Virus record (IMG/VR): IMGVR_UViG_3300023174_000175
Coordinates: 1 to 61,782 of that record
From: a virus
Taxonomy: Duplodnaviria; Caudoviricetes
Direction: 5' to 3' (one strand)
Length of the DNA: 61,782 nucleotides
Part shown: piece by piece, positions 1 through 9,398 of the stretch
How positions within the stretch are numbered: position 1 is the first letter of the stretch
Layout: every line of letters starts with the position of its first letter
Program-made: the position numbers and the translations under genes
Notes under the pieces: model-generated
The model's input: the letters and a program-made list of their open reading frames with translations, nothing else
What the model was told of the DNA's origin: nothing
Databases searched by the model: none

Positions 1-151
1 TAATGTTTGTTGTGCCACCAGCCCAATTGCCGTGGCTGGATTGGTCGTGTTGTCCTGACATGTGTTTGGTAAAAGCATCAACTACTGTCCAATTACCAAC
101 TTTTTGCCATTTATCAAATAGCCCAACTGTGCTTGTTGTGCCATTTTTCTG
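1..151. repeat. Terminal overlap with 61632-61782 (circular assembly; 3 mismatches)
   Basis: 1-151 aligns ungapped to 61632-61782 except at positions 127, 129 and 131; the ORF reads through the join in frame. Confidence 0.97.
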
Positions 152-253
152 GCGTAAATACCCGTATGGATAACCGTCAGCATCAACGAAATCAAAAATC
201 AACTCGGCTCCGTCAGCCCTTACAGCGTAAACACTACCTTTGGTTAGTTCCAT
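1..253 (-). CDS. N-terminal part of the junction-spanning tagged polyprotein (continues into 59587-61631; about 765 aa)
   Basis: ATG at 253, just after the stop of 256-1404, is in frame with the ATG at 61 (=61692); reads MELTKGSVYAV...DAFTKHMSGQHDQSSHGNWA. Confidence 0.9.
   Translation of the reverse strand, partial: MELTKGSVYAVRADGAELIFDFVDADGYPYGYLRQKNGTTSTVGLFDKWQKVGNWTVVDAFTKHMSGQHDQSSHGNWAGGTTNI
20..67 (-). repeat. Tag copy KHMSGQHDQSSHGNWA (one of 18)
   Basis: Direct translation. Other copies at 1291-1338, 2358-2405, 3109-3156, 3844-3891, 4810-4857, 50643-50690, 51030-51077, 52574-52621, 53219-53266, 53945-53992, 54434-54481, 55141-55188, 56613-56660, 57794-57841, 59425-59472, 60340-60387, 61144-61191. 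Confidence 0.97.
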
Positions 254-255
254 AA

Positions 256-1404
256 TTAATACTCTACCACCTTAATTCCCTTGGGAACAAGGGGACTAAT
301 GTCATTAAAACTGTCTGAAGGAATGTAAATAGCCTCAACATCACTCAACTTAACACCATCATGAATTTGGGCTTCAAAATAAGAACCTTCATTGACAAAC
401 CCAATTTCATAATTATGATTATTCCAGCCCTCTTCTTCAGCAATGTTGTACAAAATTCTGTCAGACGCTCGCCACGCTTCAAAAGGAGTAATTTCTTCTT
501 GAGTCATAGAAATAGGGACACAACCAGTTGATAACGAATCGCCAACGGTCATAGTTGTCCGAGGTTTAACATCATCTTTAAACACAACCCGAACAGCCCC
601 ATACTGCTCAGGCCCATTAATCAAAACACTTTCATCTAAATTGTCTTCGGAAACATAACCATAAATAGGTCTTTTAGAAACAGGTTCCGACAATGGAATG
701 CTTTGCCCACGCAACTCACCAGCCATACGACCAATTTTGCTGTACGAACCATTGCTTGTACCTGTTTCAAATTGTGTTTTAAACCTTTGGTCATCACTTT
801 TTAATAAATTAATAAATGATTTTTCATCCATTGCCATGCAGACTTTTCCATCTGTTTGTATGGTTCTTAAATCATCAGCAATAAAACCTTGATAATCTTC
901 CTCAAAAGAATCAAAATCAGCAAAAGTAACCTGTTTAACAACTTCATCAGACACCCTGCGAAGCAATGCTTCATACATCACAACTGGATAATCTTTCCCA
1001 GTTACAAATTCAGGATTAATGACTCCTTTAAAAGTGTTATCAAAAACTCCACCAGTTTTAAGAAAAACAGCATCACGAGGATAAGCGTCTTTAACTTGTT
1101 TTTGTAACTCTTTTCCAAGAGCAGAATTAGCAAAAGTGTCACCATGAAGAATTTTAACTAAAAAATCTTCTGAGCGACTACCGCCGTATTTGCGCGCACC
1201 GCTATCTATTTTTTCGGCATAAGTTTTAGCCAATTTTTTTACAGCATTTTTAAAAGTTGTCGTTTCAGCAAAATCGTTAACTGCACCATGCGACCAATTG
1301 CCATGCGTAGATTGGTCATGTTGACCCAAATAATGTTTGGTAATTCCAGTACGCAACCAAAAAGCATTATTACCAGCATCAATGTCAATAATTAAACTCA
1401 TCAT
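256..1404 (-). CDS. Tagged protein with DUF3626-like domain
   Basis: Tag at aa 23; FKTQFETGTSNG, RPIYGY, QYG, RTTMTVGDSL and YFEAQIH motifs; paralog of 58027-59580. Confidence 0.75.
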   Translation of the reverse strand: MMSLIIDIDAGNNAFWLRTGITKHYLGQHDQSTHGNWSHGAVNDFAETTTFKNAVKKLAKTYAEKIDSGARKYGGSRSEDFLVKILHGDTFANSALGKELQKQVKDAYPRDAVFLKTGGVFDNTFKGVINPEFVTGKDYPVVMYEALLRRVSDEVVKQVTFADFDSFEEDYQGFIADDLRTIQTDGKVCMAMDEKSFINLLKSDDQRFKTQFETGTSNGSYSKIGRMAGELRGQSIPLSEPVSKRPIYGYVSEDNLDESVLINGPEQYGAVRVVFKDDVKPRTTMTVGDSLSTGCVPISMTQEEITPFEAWRASDRILYNIAEEEGWNNHNYEIGFVNEGSYFEAQIHDGVKLSDVEAIYIPSDSFNDISPLVPKGIKVVEY

Positions 1405-2507
1405 GAACCCCCAAAATTGCTCATGATTCCAACCATGGCAGAACGAGGTTGGCTAACAGAAACATTTGCTTGAACCGTACCACCAAGCAACACATGTTCA
1501 GCCTCAACTTCTGCACCCAAGCCCGTGGCATAAGTAGAAAAAACATTCTCAACAGGAACCACAATTTTAGTAAAAGCATTGCCAAAAGTTTTAGCGACAC
1601 TTGCTTTACTTGTCCAGCAACTCAAAGGTTGCATACGAATAGTTTGCTTAGAATCCGTGCCATACAAACTTTCATCAGCCACATCAAACCCACGCCATAA
1701 AGTCACCGCTTTAATACCTTTTTCAGCAAACTGTTTTTGAGTTTCTTCATACATTGCGGTAGTAATTGCTTCTAAAACTTCATAGTTTTCAGACAAAATC
1801 TTTTGAACTTGAGGAGCAATCTTTTCGGGATGACCAGTGATAAAAGAATCTTGCAACCCAAAATCTTCACGGACAACATCATTTAACGCATAGTACAAAG
1901 GGTTAGAGTTTTGTAGTTTATCCCACTGTTCCATGATTTCAACTACTGCATACTGTTTAATTAATTTTTCTTTTTCTGCCACCGTTTGAGTTTCAGGATT
2001 CATAGACCTTAAAGAAGAATTGGTTTTATCAACCCAAAGAGTGTTGTAGTAAGACTGTTTAAAAATAGCATTAGGGTCGTGGATAGCCTCCATGATTTGT
2101 TTAGCAGTAGTAAATTGTCCACTACCATCTTCAGATACATAATTTATGCCACTAGAAAAATTTGTTGGAAGAATCATTGGTGTGTTGAGAAACTCTTCAA
2201 TGGGAATGTCAGCAAGATGTTTAACCACATTGTCAGATGCAACCCATGTTGTTATGTCCTCGCTACCAAAACGACCAGCATTAGGGACTTGTGCATAAAA
2301 ATCTTGACTAGAAGGTTTAGGAGCATAAGAATAATCATTTGGTTTCAGGTTATGGTCAGCCCAAGACCCGTGTGAACTCTGGTCGTGCTGACCAGCAAGA
2401 TGTTTTGATAAAAGGGAACGCCCAAGAATTTGTTCTGCCTGTTTACGATGACGCAAAGCCTCGGCACCATCAATTTCAGACAAGAAAGAATCAGTAAACC
2501 TATCCAT
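1401..2507 (-). CDS. Tagged protein with R-S-ExE ADP-ribosyltransferase-like domain
   Basis: Tag at aa 35; LWRG...LSCWTS...AKTF...EAEHVL; paralog of 55395-56750. Confidence 0.7.
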   Translation of the reverse strand: MDRFTDSFLSEIDGAEALRHRKQAEQILGRSLLSKHLAGQHDQSSHGSWADHNLKPNDYSYAPKPSSQDFYAQVPNAGRFGSEDITTWVASDNVVKHLADIPIEEFLNTPMILPTNFSSGINYVSEDGSGQFTTAKQIMEAIHDPNAIFKQSYYNTLWVDKTNSSLRSMNPETQTVAEKEKLIKQYAVVEIMEQWDKLQNSNPLYYALNDVVREDFGLQDSFITGHPEKIAPQVQKILSENYEVLEAITTAMYEETQKQFAEKGIKAVTLWRGFDVADESLYGTDSKQTIRMQPLSCWTSKASVAKTFGNAFTKIVVPVENVFSTYATGLGAEVEAEHVLLGGTVQANVSVSQPRSAMVGIMSNFGGS

Positions 2508-4890
2508 TTTCTTGTCCCGTCACTAAAAGGTCTAACACAATCCTAGTTTTATCCAACCTTTTTGCTCCCATAACCACAAAAGTAGTATTTGGAGCAATAA
2601 CGAACTCGCCTTCTCTATCATTACCCATTGTTGCACCATGAGTACCTGCTGGCATGTGAATGTTTGAAAAAACTGTTGAAGACGCTTTAAATGAATCATT
2701 AACGCTTTGATGCACACTATTAGGGGCAGAAGTTGATGTAAAACCTTTTGCTTCAAAAGTTTTCCCAACCAAGCCATTAATGTCTTCCTCAGACATTGCA
2801 GAAACTTGTTGTCTAAAAAGACTTGCCCCTGAACTCCACCTAGTAACCGTCAAATCTTGTGTTGTTTCTGTTTCATACAACGCATTTTTCAAAGACTCAA
2901 TTTGAGCGATTCCTTGTTCTTTAGGAATTTGTTCATTGTAAATAATTCTAACTGTGTCATCAATGTTGCCACTACGAAGGTAATCATTCATCCATGAGTA
3001 CCCAAAACCAACATAATTATTTCTAGCATCCATTGTTGTTGAATCAAGTCTTGAAAGGTCTAAGGCTGGAAGGTCACTCAACGAAGCAGATTTAAAACCT
3101 TCAGCACCTGCCCAATTGCCGTGCGTAGATTGGTCATGCTGACCTTGCAAGTGTTTAGACACTGCATCAGGGTTTTGAACAATTAAAGCACCAGCATTTA
3201 AAACAACCATTTCTCGGTCAGGCAAACTTCTATCGGCTGGGTCATAAAGCATTGGACTGTCATTAATTGCGTCATAGCCCATTGCCAAAGCCATAAAATT
3301 TCTAGTTGTTAATTTGTCAGTAAAAAACCAACTTGTTGGAAAATCTGTTAAAGCCGTATGGCGAAGTAAATTAATTTGAGATTCTAGCAATCCACTATTT
3401 GCCAATACCCAGTTTGCTTCAGAAGAAGGAATAGTTAAAATTTTTGCATTAGGTTTAAAAGCCATTTTAACTATTTGTTTTTCATCACCTTTATAACCCC
3501 AAATTTCAGCCTCTTTTTGCGTATGGGCACCATAAAGACCAATGCCATTTCTACCCATAGAAATGTAAGGCAACTCCGAAGCCATAAATTGTTTAATTTT
3601 ATCTTCAGCAGATAATCTAATGTTGTCTGAAGTTTCCAAATCAAAAGCAGAACCTTGCTGAAAAGTTCGCCAAAATTCCATACCCTGTGAAGTATCACCA
3701 AAAGTAGGTTTACCAGTTTTGCCTGTGGCTTTTAAAACATCTTGCAAAGTTTTACGCCAAACATCAAGGCTGTCGTATGGTTTATTTGCGTTAATTATTG
3801 ACGCAAGTTGCTCAATACTAATTTCATTTGACCCGTCACCGTTAGCCCAATTACCGTGTGAACTCTGGTCATGTTGCCCAGCAAGGTGCTTAGAAACATT
3901 AGCCAAATTATCCCATAACGGTTGCCAAATTTCATCAAATAACTTAACGGCTTTATCGCCCGTAACTGATTTAGATTGTTTTGCTCGTTTTCTAGATTCC
4001 ATAACAATTTTATTTAAATTATTATCATCATTTTTTGAAACTTCAGAATCCGAACTCCAATACGGAGTATCTAAAACAACTAAACCCGACCTATCTAAAA
4101 TGTTAAAACATTTAGTTGAAGCACCAGCACCTTCAGGAGTTTTGGTTGTGTAAAATTGAACTCCTTGTGCTGTGGCTAAAATTCCAACATCGGTAGAACC
4201 AGCCCAAACTTTAGTTGTATCTTTTATTTCCAATAATGTGTTTTTTCTTGCTGTTTTAGTTAATGCAGACAACTTTGTTTTAGGCAAAGTTACATAATCA
4301 GGTGGAATTAACATGGCTATAACCAGCCCTCTACCCTGCCCGTCACCATTGTCATAATCATTTTTTGCATAGGCTGTTGCAAGGGCTGGATTATTGGTCA
4401 CATAAGTGCCATCACCAAAATCACCAATTCCAGCATAATAATTACCAGTTTTGAATTGTTCATAAATTTGTTCCGCAGTAGCAATTAATTTGCCATCTTC
4501 ATCATAAGAATCAGTAATTCCACGAAAAACCACTTGATAACCTTGTTTACGCAATTTAGCAAACTCATCTGCTTTAACTGTTTTAGGTTTACCAGTAAAA
4601 CCTTGTCTTTCGGCTACCATCCTCAAAATGTAATCTTGATTCATTGTGCCTACGCCATGGGCTTCATCCCATTTTTCCATAGCAGTAATTTGTTTTTGCA
4701 ATTCTAAAGAAATGTTGTAACCAAAAATTTTGTATTCTTTGTCGCCTTTTTTAAAAACATTTTTTAAATGTTCAGAAATTTCTTTAGTTATGTCTTGACC
4801 AGCACCTCCAGACCATGACCCATGTGAACTCTGGTCATGCTGACCCTGAAGGTGTTTTTGAACTGGGACAATTACATAAACAGATTTCAT
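2500..4890 (-). CDS. Three-tag polyprotein: two PARP/ART-PolyVal-like modules plus a VIP2-like ADP-ribosyltransferase
   Basis: Modules: FRG...GIGDFGDGTYVT; GRNGIGLY...GYDAI...EMVVLN; YSWMNDYLR...VTR...GFTSTS...EGEFVI. Confidence 0.75.
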   Translation of the reverse strand: MKSVYVIVPVQKHLQGQHDQSSHGSWSGGAGQDITKEISEHLKNVFKKGDKEYKIFGYNISLELQKQITAMEKWDEAHGVGTMNQDYILRMVAERQGFTGKPKTVKADEFAKLRKQGYQVVFRGITDSYDEDGKLIATAEQIYEQFKTGNYYAGIGDFGDGTYVTNNPALATAYAKNDYDNGDGQGRGLVIAMLIPPDYVTLPKTKLSALTKTARKNTLLEIKDTTKVWAGSTDVGILATAQGVQFYTTKTPEGAGASTKCFNILDRSGLVVLDTPYWSSDSEVSKNDDNNLNKIVMESRKRAKQSKSVTGDKAVKLFDEIWQPLWDNLANVSKHLAGQHDQSSHGNWANGDGSNEISIEQLASIINANKPYDSLDVWRKTLQDVLKATGKTGKPTFGDTSQGMEFWRTFQQGSAFDLETSDNIRLSAEDKIKQFMASELPYISMGRNGIGLYGAHTQKEAEIWGYKGDEKQIVKMAFKPNAKILTIPSSEANWVLANSGLLESQINLLRHTALTDFPTSWFFTDKLTTRNFMALAMGYDAINDSPMLYDPADRSLPDREMVVLNAGALIVQNPDAVSKHLQGQHDQSTHGNWAGAEGFKSASLSDLPALDLSRLDSTTMDARNNYVGFGYSWMNDYLRSGNIDDTVRIIYNEQIPKEQGIAQIESLKNALYETETTQDLTVTRWSSGASLFRQQVSAMSEEDINGLVGKTFEAKGFTSTSAPNSVHQSVNDSFKASSTVFSNIHMPAGTHGATMGNDREGEFVIAPNTTFVVMGAKRLDKTRIVLDLLVTGQENG

Positions 4891-5894
4891 GCCTGTCCCC
4901 CTAAATACCTCATTTGACCAGTTTTAATCCACTCAGCATCATTTAAACCACGGTCAGGAGGCACCAGAAACGCCGTACAGCGACAATGAGGATGAGCAGG
5001 TGGCATAAGTAGCCCATTATCAAAAGCACCGTCCCAACGCACCTGAACTCCATCTAACGGGGCACACTTATCGCAAGGAGGTCCACCAGCATTATTTTTG
5101 TAAACCGTTTGCCACTGTTTCATGGAATCACCAGCAACCCAACCGCCATCAACAGCCTGTTGCCAAGCCAACTGACGACCCATGTTTTGAGCAATCTGAA
5201 TTTCGGTACGGGCAATCATTGTGGCACGGGCACGAATTAACTTTTGGCGATACCTGTCTGTCAACAAATCCGTTTTTTCAACTGCTTTTTCAGGTTTTAA
5301 ACCCTGTTTTAATAAACTTTTATAGGTACGGTCATAAAACTTGTCAACTGCCTGTGCCCAACGAGGATGCAAACCAATAACTTGACGCAACTTTTTAGCC
5401 GTGTAAGGAACCGAAATTTCTTTACTGAAAGAATCGCTAATAATTTGACGAATTGCCAAACGCATTGAATCGTTAATGGCTGTGACCAAACGCCCAGCCT
5501 GACGCTCCGCATACAAATCCGCCACGGGGTTATGAATGTTAAAAGTGAACTCACCCTTGGGTTTACCCGTCAAAGTATTAGCGTTACCCCAATCAGGTGT
5601 TGCCTCAATTAACGGTTTTATTTCCTGACCAGCCAAAACACCAGCATTATTAATAACTGCCGTAATCGAATCCCGAATAATTTGACCAATCGCGTCAACA
5701 TTAATTGTCAACAAGGCTTGCTCCAGCAAATCGGGTTGCAGATTAATAATTGCTGAAGCCAACGCATCAGCATCAGCAACTCGCCCAGCCCGATACAAAG
5801 CATTACGAATAATGTTGTATAACTGCTCTTCAGTTACATTAAAAACTGGAGGTGCAGGTACCGAAGATTTGGCTTTCCTGACTAATGGCATCAA
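4887..5894 (-). CDS. MuF-like (SPP1 gp7 / Mu gp30) head morphogenesis protein without a C-terminal toxin
   Basis: RATMIARTE, KQW, CDKC, PPAHPHCRC; directly follows the portal gene. Confidence 0.9.
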   Translation of the reverse strand: MMPLVRKAKSSVPAPPVFNVTEEQLYNIIRNALYRAGRVADADALASAIINLQPDLLEQALLTINVDAIGQIIRDSITAVINNAGVLAGQEIKPLIEATPDWGNANTLTGKPKGEFTFNIHNPVADLYAERQAGRLVTAINDSMRLAIRQIISDSFSKEISVPYTAKKLRQVIGLHPRWAQAVDKFYDRTYKSLLKQGLKPEKAVEKTDLLTDRYRQKLIRARATMIARTEIQIAQNMGRQLAWQQAVDGGWVAGDSMKQWQTVYKNNAGGPPCDKCAPLDGVQVRWDGAFDNGLLMPPAHPHCRCTAFLVPPDRGLNDAEWIKTGQMRYLGGQA

Positions 5895-5899
5895 AACCC

Positions 5900-7351
5900 C
5901 TAGAAAGCATTATCGGATTGTCCAGCATCCTGTTTGTTAGGTGCAGGTTTTTTAGCATTTGGTTTTTGTGCAGGAGGTTGAACTGCTTGACCTTGCTGTG
6001 GCGGTTGACCTGTGGTTAAAGGCAATCCTGTAGCAGGGTCAATTGCACCCGTGGTATCACCATTATGTTCAGCAGGTGGAAGTGAACCAAGTTCACGCAA
6101 ATAATCTTCAAGATTCGGGTCAGAAACAATAATTCCAGCATTAGCCAACTTGGTCACATAATCTGCAACTTCAGTCAAATCAACATGAGCAATGTCACCA
6201 TAATTCAACTTGGGAAGACGGGAAGTGTCCATTCCATTGAAACGCATCAAACGACCAATAGCATGCTGGTTAATAACTTCTGCAATGGATTTAGCAATAG
6301 CGTCAACTGCCATTGACCACAAATCCATTTTTGCGGTACCCAAAGCAAATGACCCAACATTGTCATGACCCAACAAAATAAAATCAGATAGCACCGACAT
6401 AGCAATTCGTTGGTCATAGCGAGAAATAATTTTGTCCGTATCGAACTGACGGGAACCACCAGCCGACAAAAGGGTCAAATCAAACAGTTTTTTACCAGAT
6501 TCGTCATACTGGGCAGGAAAAACCACACCCTCTTGTTCATTGCGTTTAATGTTTTGAACAATTTCAACAATGCTATTTAGTACCGCTTTTTGTGCATCTG
6601 TAGCCGTAGATGAAAGGAACTCAGGTGGAACATAAGCGACAGGAAGACCAGCCAAATCACGCTCAATACCAATTGCTTCAATTTCTTCCATACGCTTTTT
6701 AAAGAAATAAGGACGGTAAGCGTTCCGAAGCATGGAACGACCTTCAGGATTATTTTTTTGATTTGTGGTACGGAATAATAATGCTTTTTCAATTGGGACA
6801 TAATGGGTTCCACCACCTGAAGGGTCATTTTGAATCATGCAGTTCACGCCACCATCGTCATCAAATTCCCAACGCATTAAAGAATCTTGACTACGGATAG
6901 CAAATTTACGCCAACCAATTTTGCCGTCCGTGTATTGTGAACGCTTTGTTGGGTCATTTTCGTCAGGTCCAACTCGGCGTTTGTAAACAATTTCGTGGTA
7001 TGACCAACCAAAAGTAAGCATTGAAAGAATACTTGCTAAGGTTGCGTCCCAAGAATCAGACATGTCAAAAAGGCAAGATTCAATAAAATCTGCAACTTCA
7101 ACATCTTTTTCTTTAGGGTCGCCTTCGGCATTTGGCTCAATGTAAGGGTCAACTCGCCATTCAAGGCGAACAATAACTTTCTCAATTGCGTAAAGAATGG
7201 AACCAATTACAGGGTCGTTGTCAGCCATTTCACGGTAAGCACGGATACCGTTTTTGTTTCGTAACGCTGTAATGAACTCTTCAAAGACTGTGCCACCAGC
7301 ACGATGAAGCCCTGTGGAGCCTAACTCAGAAAAATCTGGTTTTGGTGCCAT
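5900..7351 (-). CDS. Portal protein (DUF935 / Mu gp29-like)
   Basis: YREMADNDP, FGWSYHEIVY, NPEGRSMLR, GIERD, GSFALG; probable start at ATG 7351. Confidence 0.88.
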   Translation of the reverse strand: MAPKPDFSELGSTGLHRAGGTVFEEFITALRNKNGIRAYREMADNDPVIGSILYAIEKVIVRLEWRVDPYIEPNAEGDPKEKDVEVADFIESCLFDMSDSWDATLASILSMLTFGWSYHEIVYKRRVGPDENDPTKRSQYTDGKIGWRKFAIRSQDSLMRWEFDDDGGVNCMIQNDPSGGGTHYVPIEKALLFRTTNQKNNPEGRSMLRNAYRPYFFKKRMEEIEAIGIERDLAGLPVAYVPPEFLSSTATDAQKAVLNSIVEIVQNIKRNEQEGVVFPAQYDESGKKLFDLTLLSAGGSRQFDTDKIISRYDQRIAMSVLSDFILLGHDNVGSFALGTAKMDLWSMAVDAIAKSIAEVINQHAIGRLMRFNGMDTSRLPKLNYGDIAHVDLTEVADYVTKLANAGIIVSDPNLEDYLRELGSLPPAEHNGDTTGAIDPATGLPLTTGQPPQQGQAVQPPAQKPNAKKPAPNKQDAGQSDNAF

Positions 7352-7423
7352 GTTCACATCCTTACAGTAAAATAAACCTTCTTGCATAATACATTGCAAA
7401 AGGCACTATCTTGAGGTGGCTCG

Positions 7424-8059
7424 CTACTTAATGTAAAGCCATGCTTCAAAATTTAATGATTTCCAAATCAACTCACCTTGCTCAAATCCAGCATCTTCAG
7501 CCATTTGTTGATTCTTTGCAGATGTGTTGGGTCGCATTAGTTTACGCAAATCTGCGTCTTTATCCAAAATTTCCATTGCATCAAAATAAGGTCTTTTATG
7601 TTGGTGCAAAGTAGATGTCAGCATTTCTTGAATTTTGCCTGATTCTGCATAAACTTTTTCAGCCCAAATGAAAGCCCCATTTGGTCGTAGTCCATCATAA
7701 ATTCTTTTTAACAATTCTTGGCGTTTAGTGCTGTCAATGAACTGCAAAGTAAAAATTGAGGTAATTAGTGAACAGTCTTCAAATCCAAAATACTCGGTTA
7801 TGTCGTAACTAAAATACTCAACAGGGGTTGGGTTAAATCTTGGTAGCAAATTTCTTGATTTATCAATCCCAATTTTTACACCATCATGCCGAACGGTTTC
7901 CAACAATTTGCCTGTACTGCAACCAATGTCAATAAAAGTTGTATCAGGTAATAAAAAGAAATCACTTAAAGTTACTACCGTGTCAAACAAAGTATCGTAA
8001 GCAGGAATTGAACTCGCTATGTGGTCATCAAAGTTTTTGACCGTATCAAAAGAAAACAT
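7424..8059 (-). CDS. cmoA: CmoA-like carboxy-SAM synthase / SAM-dependent transferase
   Basis: FSFD..FDDHI..SIPAY, DIGCSTG, FTLQFI, AEKV and KR motifs as in CmoA. Confidence 0.75.
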   Translation of the reverse strand: MFSFDTVKNFDDHIASSIPAYDTLFDTVVTLSDFFLLPDTTFIDIGCSTGKLLETVRHDGVKIGIDKSRNLLPRFNPTPVEYFSYDITEYFGFEDCSLITSIFTLQFIDSTKRQELLKRIYDGLRPNGAFIWAEKVYAESGKIQEMLTSTLHQHKRPYFDAMEILDKDADLRKLMRPNTSAKNQQMAEDAGFEQGELIWKSLNFEAWLYIK

Positions 8060-9041
8060 TTAACCCTTTACCTATTGCTTCAACAACTGGGATTGTTATT
8101 GTTCTGCCCAATCGTTCGTATCTGACATTATCGGAAACCAATGAACCATCTTCGTAATACTTAGTGAACTCATCTGGTAAACCCTGTAGCCGTTCACATT
8201 CCAACGGGGTAAGCCTACGGATGGCTACAGTTTTGCCGTCATCAATAGCAACTCCGTGCCTATCCTGAGCCGTTAAAGTAAATGCTGATTCGTTATGTTC
8301 TTTAAACCTGCGACCATTTTGGCGTTTCTCGGCACGGTTAACTGTCAAGACGGGTTTGACGGTAACAAACGGAACATTGCCACCACCTGTTCCCATTTGG
8401 GCTAAAAGAGTTGGGGATGTTGCTCCAAAGTATCGAAATCCGTTATCTCTTCGGCTCCATTGAGCAATTCCGTTTTCTGGTTCAACTTCGACAACATTCG
8501 CTGTACCTGTTCTTCCGATAGGAAATACTTTGGGTCGGGGTTTTCCTCTAAGATTTGCGACAAGGAAAATGCGTTCTCGGTGTTGTGGGACTCCAAAGTT
8601 TTCGCTGTTAAGCAATTCCCACTGGCAGTCATACCCCATCTCATCCAAGACTCCGAGGATAACTGCGAAAGTTGTTCCATTGTCGTGGTTGAGGAGTCCT
8701 TTGACATTCTCAAAAAGGATGTACGGAATTCGCTTATCTCTGGCAAGTCGGAACATTTCAAAAGCCAAAGTACCTCTTGTGTCTTCCAAAGAGAATCCAG
8801 TTCTTTTTCCTGCAACTGAGAAAGTTGCACAAGGAAATCCTCCAACGATGAGGTCGGCATCAGGGAGGTCGCTGGCGGAAATAGTCCGAACATCTCTTCC
8901 ATCTGGTTGTTCGCCAAATTGTCGTTCATAAATCCTCCGTGGTGCTTTTTCCCATTCGTTTGCCCATACACAAGTATGACCAGTGCGTTCCAGCCCTAGC
9001 CGAAACGCACCGATACCTGCAAAAAGTTCAATAAATTTCAT
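8046..9041 (-). CDS. DNA cytosine-C5 methyltransferase-family enzyme (motif X GN changed to GR; candidate carboxymethyltransferase)
   Basis: LFAGIG, GGFPC, ENVKG, QHRERIF, RRLTPLECERLQG, RYERLGRT. Confidence 0.92.
   Translation of the reverse strand: MKFIELFAGIGAFRLGLERTGHTCVWANEWEKAPRRIYERQFGEQPDGRDVRTISASDLPDADLIVGGFPCATFSVAGKRTGFSLEDTRGTLAFEMFRLARDKRIPYILFENVKGLLNHDNGTTFAVILGVLDEMGYDCQWELLNSENFGVPQHRERIFLVANLRGKPRPKVFPIGRTGTANVVEVEPENGIAQWSRRDNGFRYFGATSPTLLAQMGTGGGNVPFVTVKPVLTVNRAEKRQNGRRFKEHNESAFTLTAQDRHGVAIDDGKTVAIRRLTPLECERLQGLPDEFTKYYEDGSLVSDNVRYERLGRTITIPVVEAIGKGLNVFF
8402..8971 (-). CDS. Nested alternative-frame ORF inside the C5-MTase (resembles the beta subunit of split MTases)
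   Basis: 189-aa open frame ending SLSQILEENPDPKYFLS; true start uncertain. Confidence 0.5.
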   Translation of the reverse strand: MYGQTNGKKHHGGFMNDNLANNQMEEMFGLFPPATSLMPTSSLEDFLVQLSQLQEKELDSLWKTQEVLWLLKCSDLPEISEFRTSFLRMSKDSSTTTMEQLSQLSSESWMRWGMTASGNCLTAKTLESHNTENAFSLSQILEENPDPKYFLSEEQVQRMLSKLNQKTELLNGAEEITDFDTLEQHPQLF

Positions 9042-9217
9042 TGACCAATTTGTTCAATTTTTGTTGCTTGAACTGGTGGCGACCATGTTGACCAAGCATC
9101 GGAACGAAACGCAATTCGTCCAATGTCGGTGCCCCATGTTGTGACAAGGATTTGTGAACCGTCAACCATGTCAAAAATGTAGTTGCGTCCAACTGCTGTT
9201 TCTTCTTGTTCGCTCAT
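9038..9217 (-). CDS. Hypothetical protein (59 aa)
   Basis: MSEQEETAVGR...IGQ; stop overlaps the MTase ATG (ATGA). Confidence 0.65.
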   Translation of the reverse strand: MSEQEETAVGRNYIFDMVDGSQILVTTWGTDIGRIAFRSDAWSTWSPPVQATKIEQIGQ

Positions 9218-9345
9218 TATTTTTGTCCTGCCTTATGATTTTTGCGTTCCATCTCAATAAGTGAAACGGCTTCTTCCATGGTTATTAAATCTTCTTGTTG
9301 AGATTTAATAATGTCTATGATTAATTGAATTAATTTTGAACTCAA
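9217..9345 (-). CDS. Hypothetical protein (42 aa, TTG start)
   Basis: AGGAAGGAC RBS upstream; TAATG coupling to the next gene. Confidence 0.5.
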   Translation of the reverse strand: MSSKLIQLIIDIIKSQQEDLITMEEAVSLIEMERKNHKAGQK

Positions 9346-9398
9346 TTTTTCGTCCTTCCTGTTTGGGGTATTGCCAGACTAACACACTTAAAGGTTAG

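Noticed and set aside
1-151. Biological direct terminal repeat
   Set aside because: It falls mid-gene, has a read-length-like size (151 bp) and carries mismatches, so an assembly overlap is more likely.
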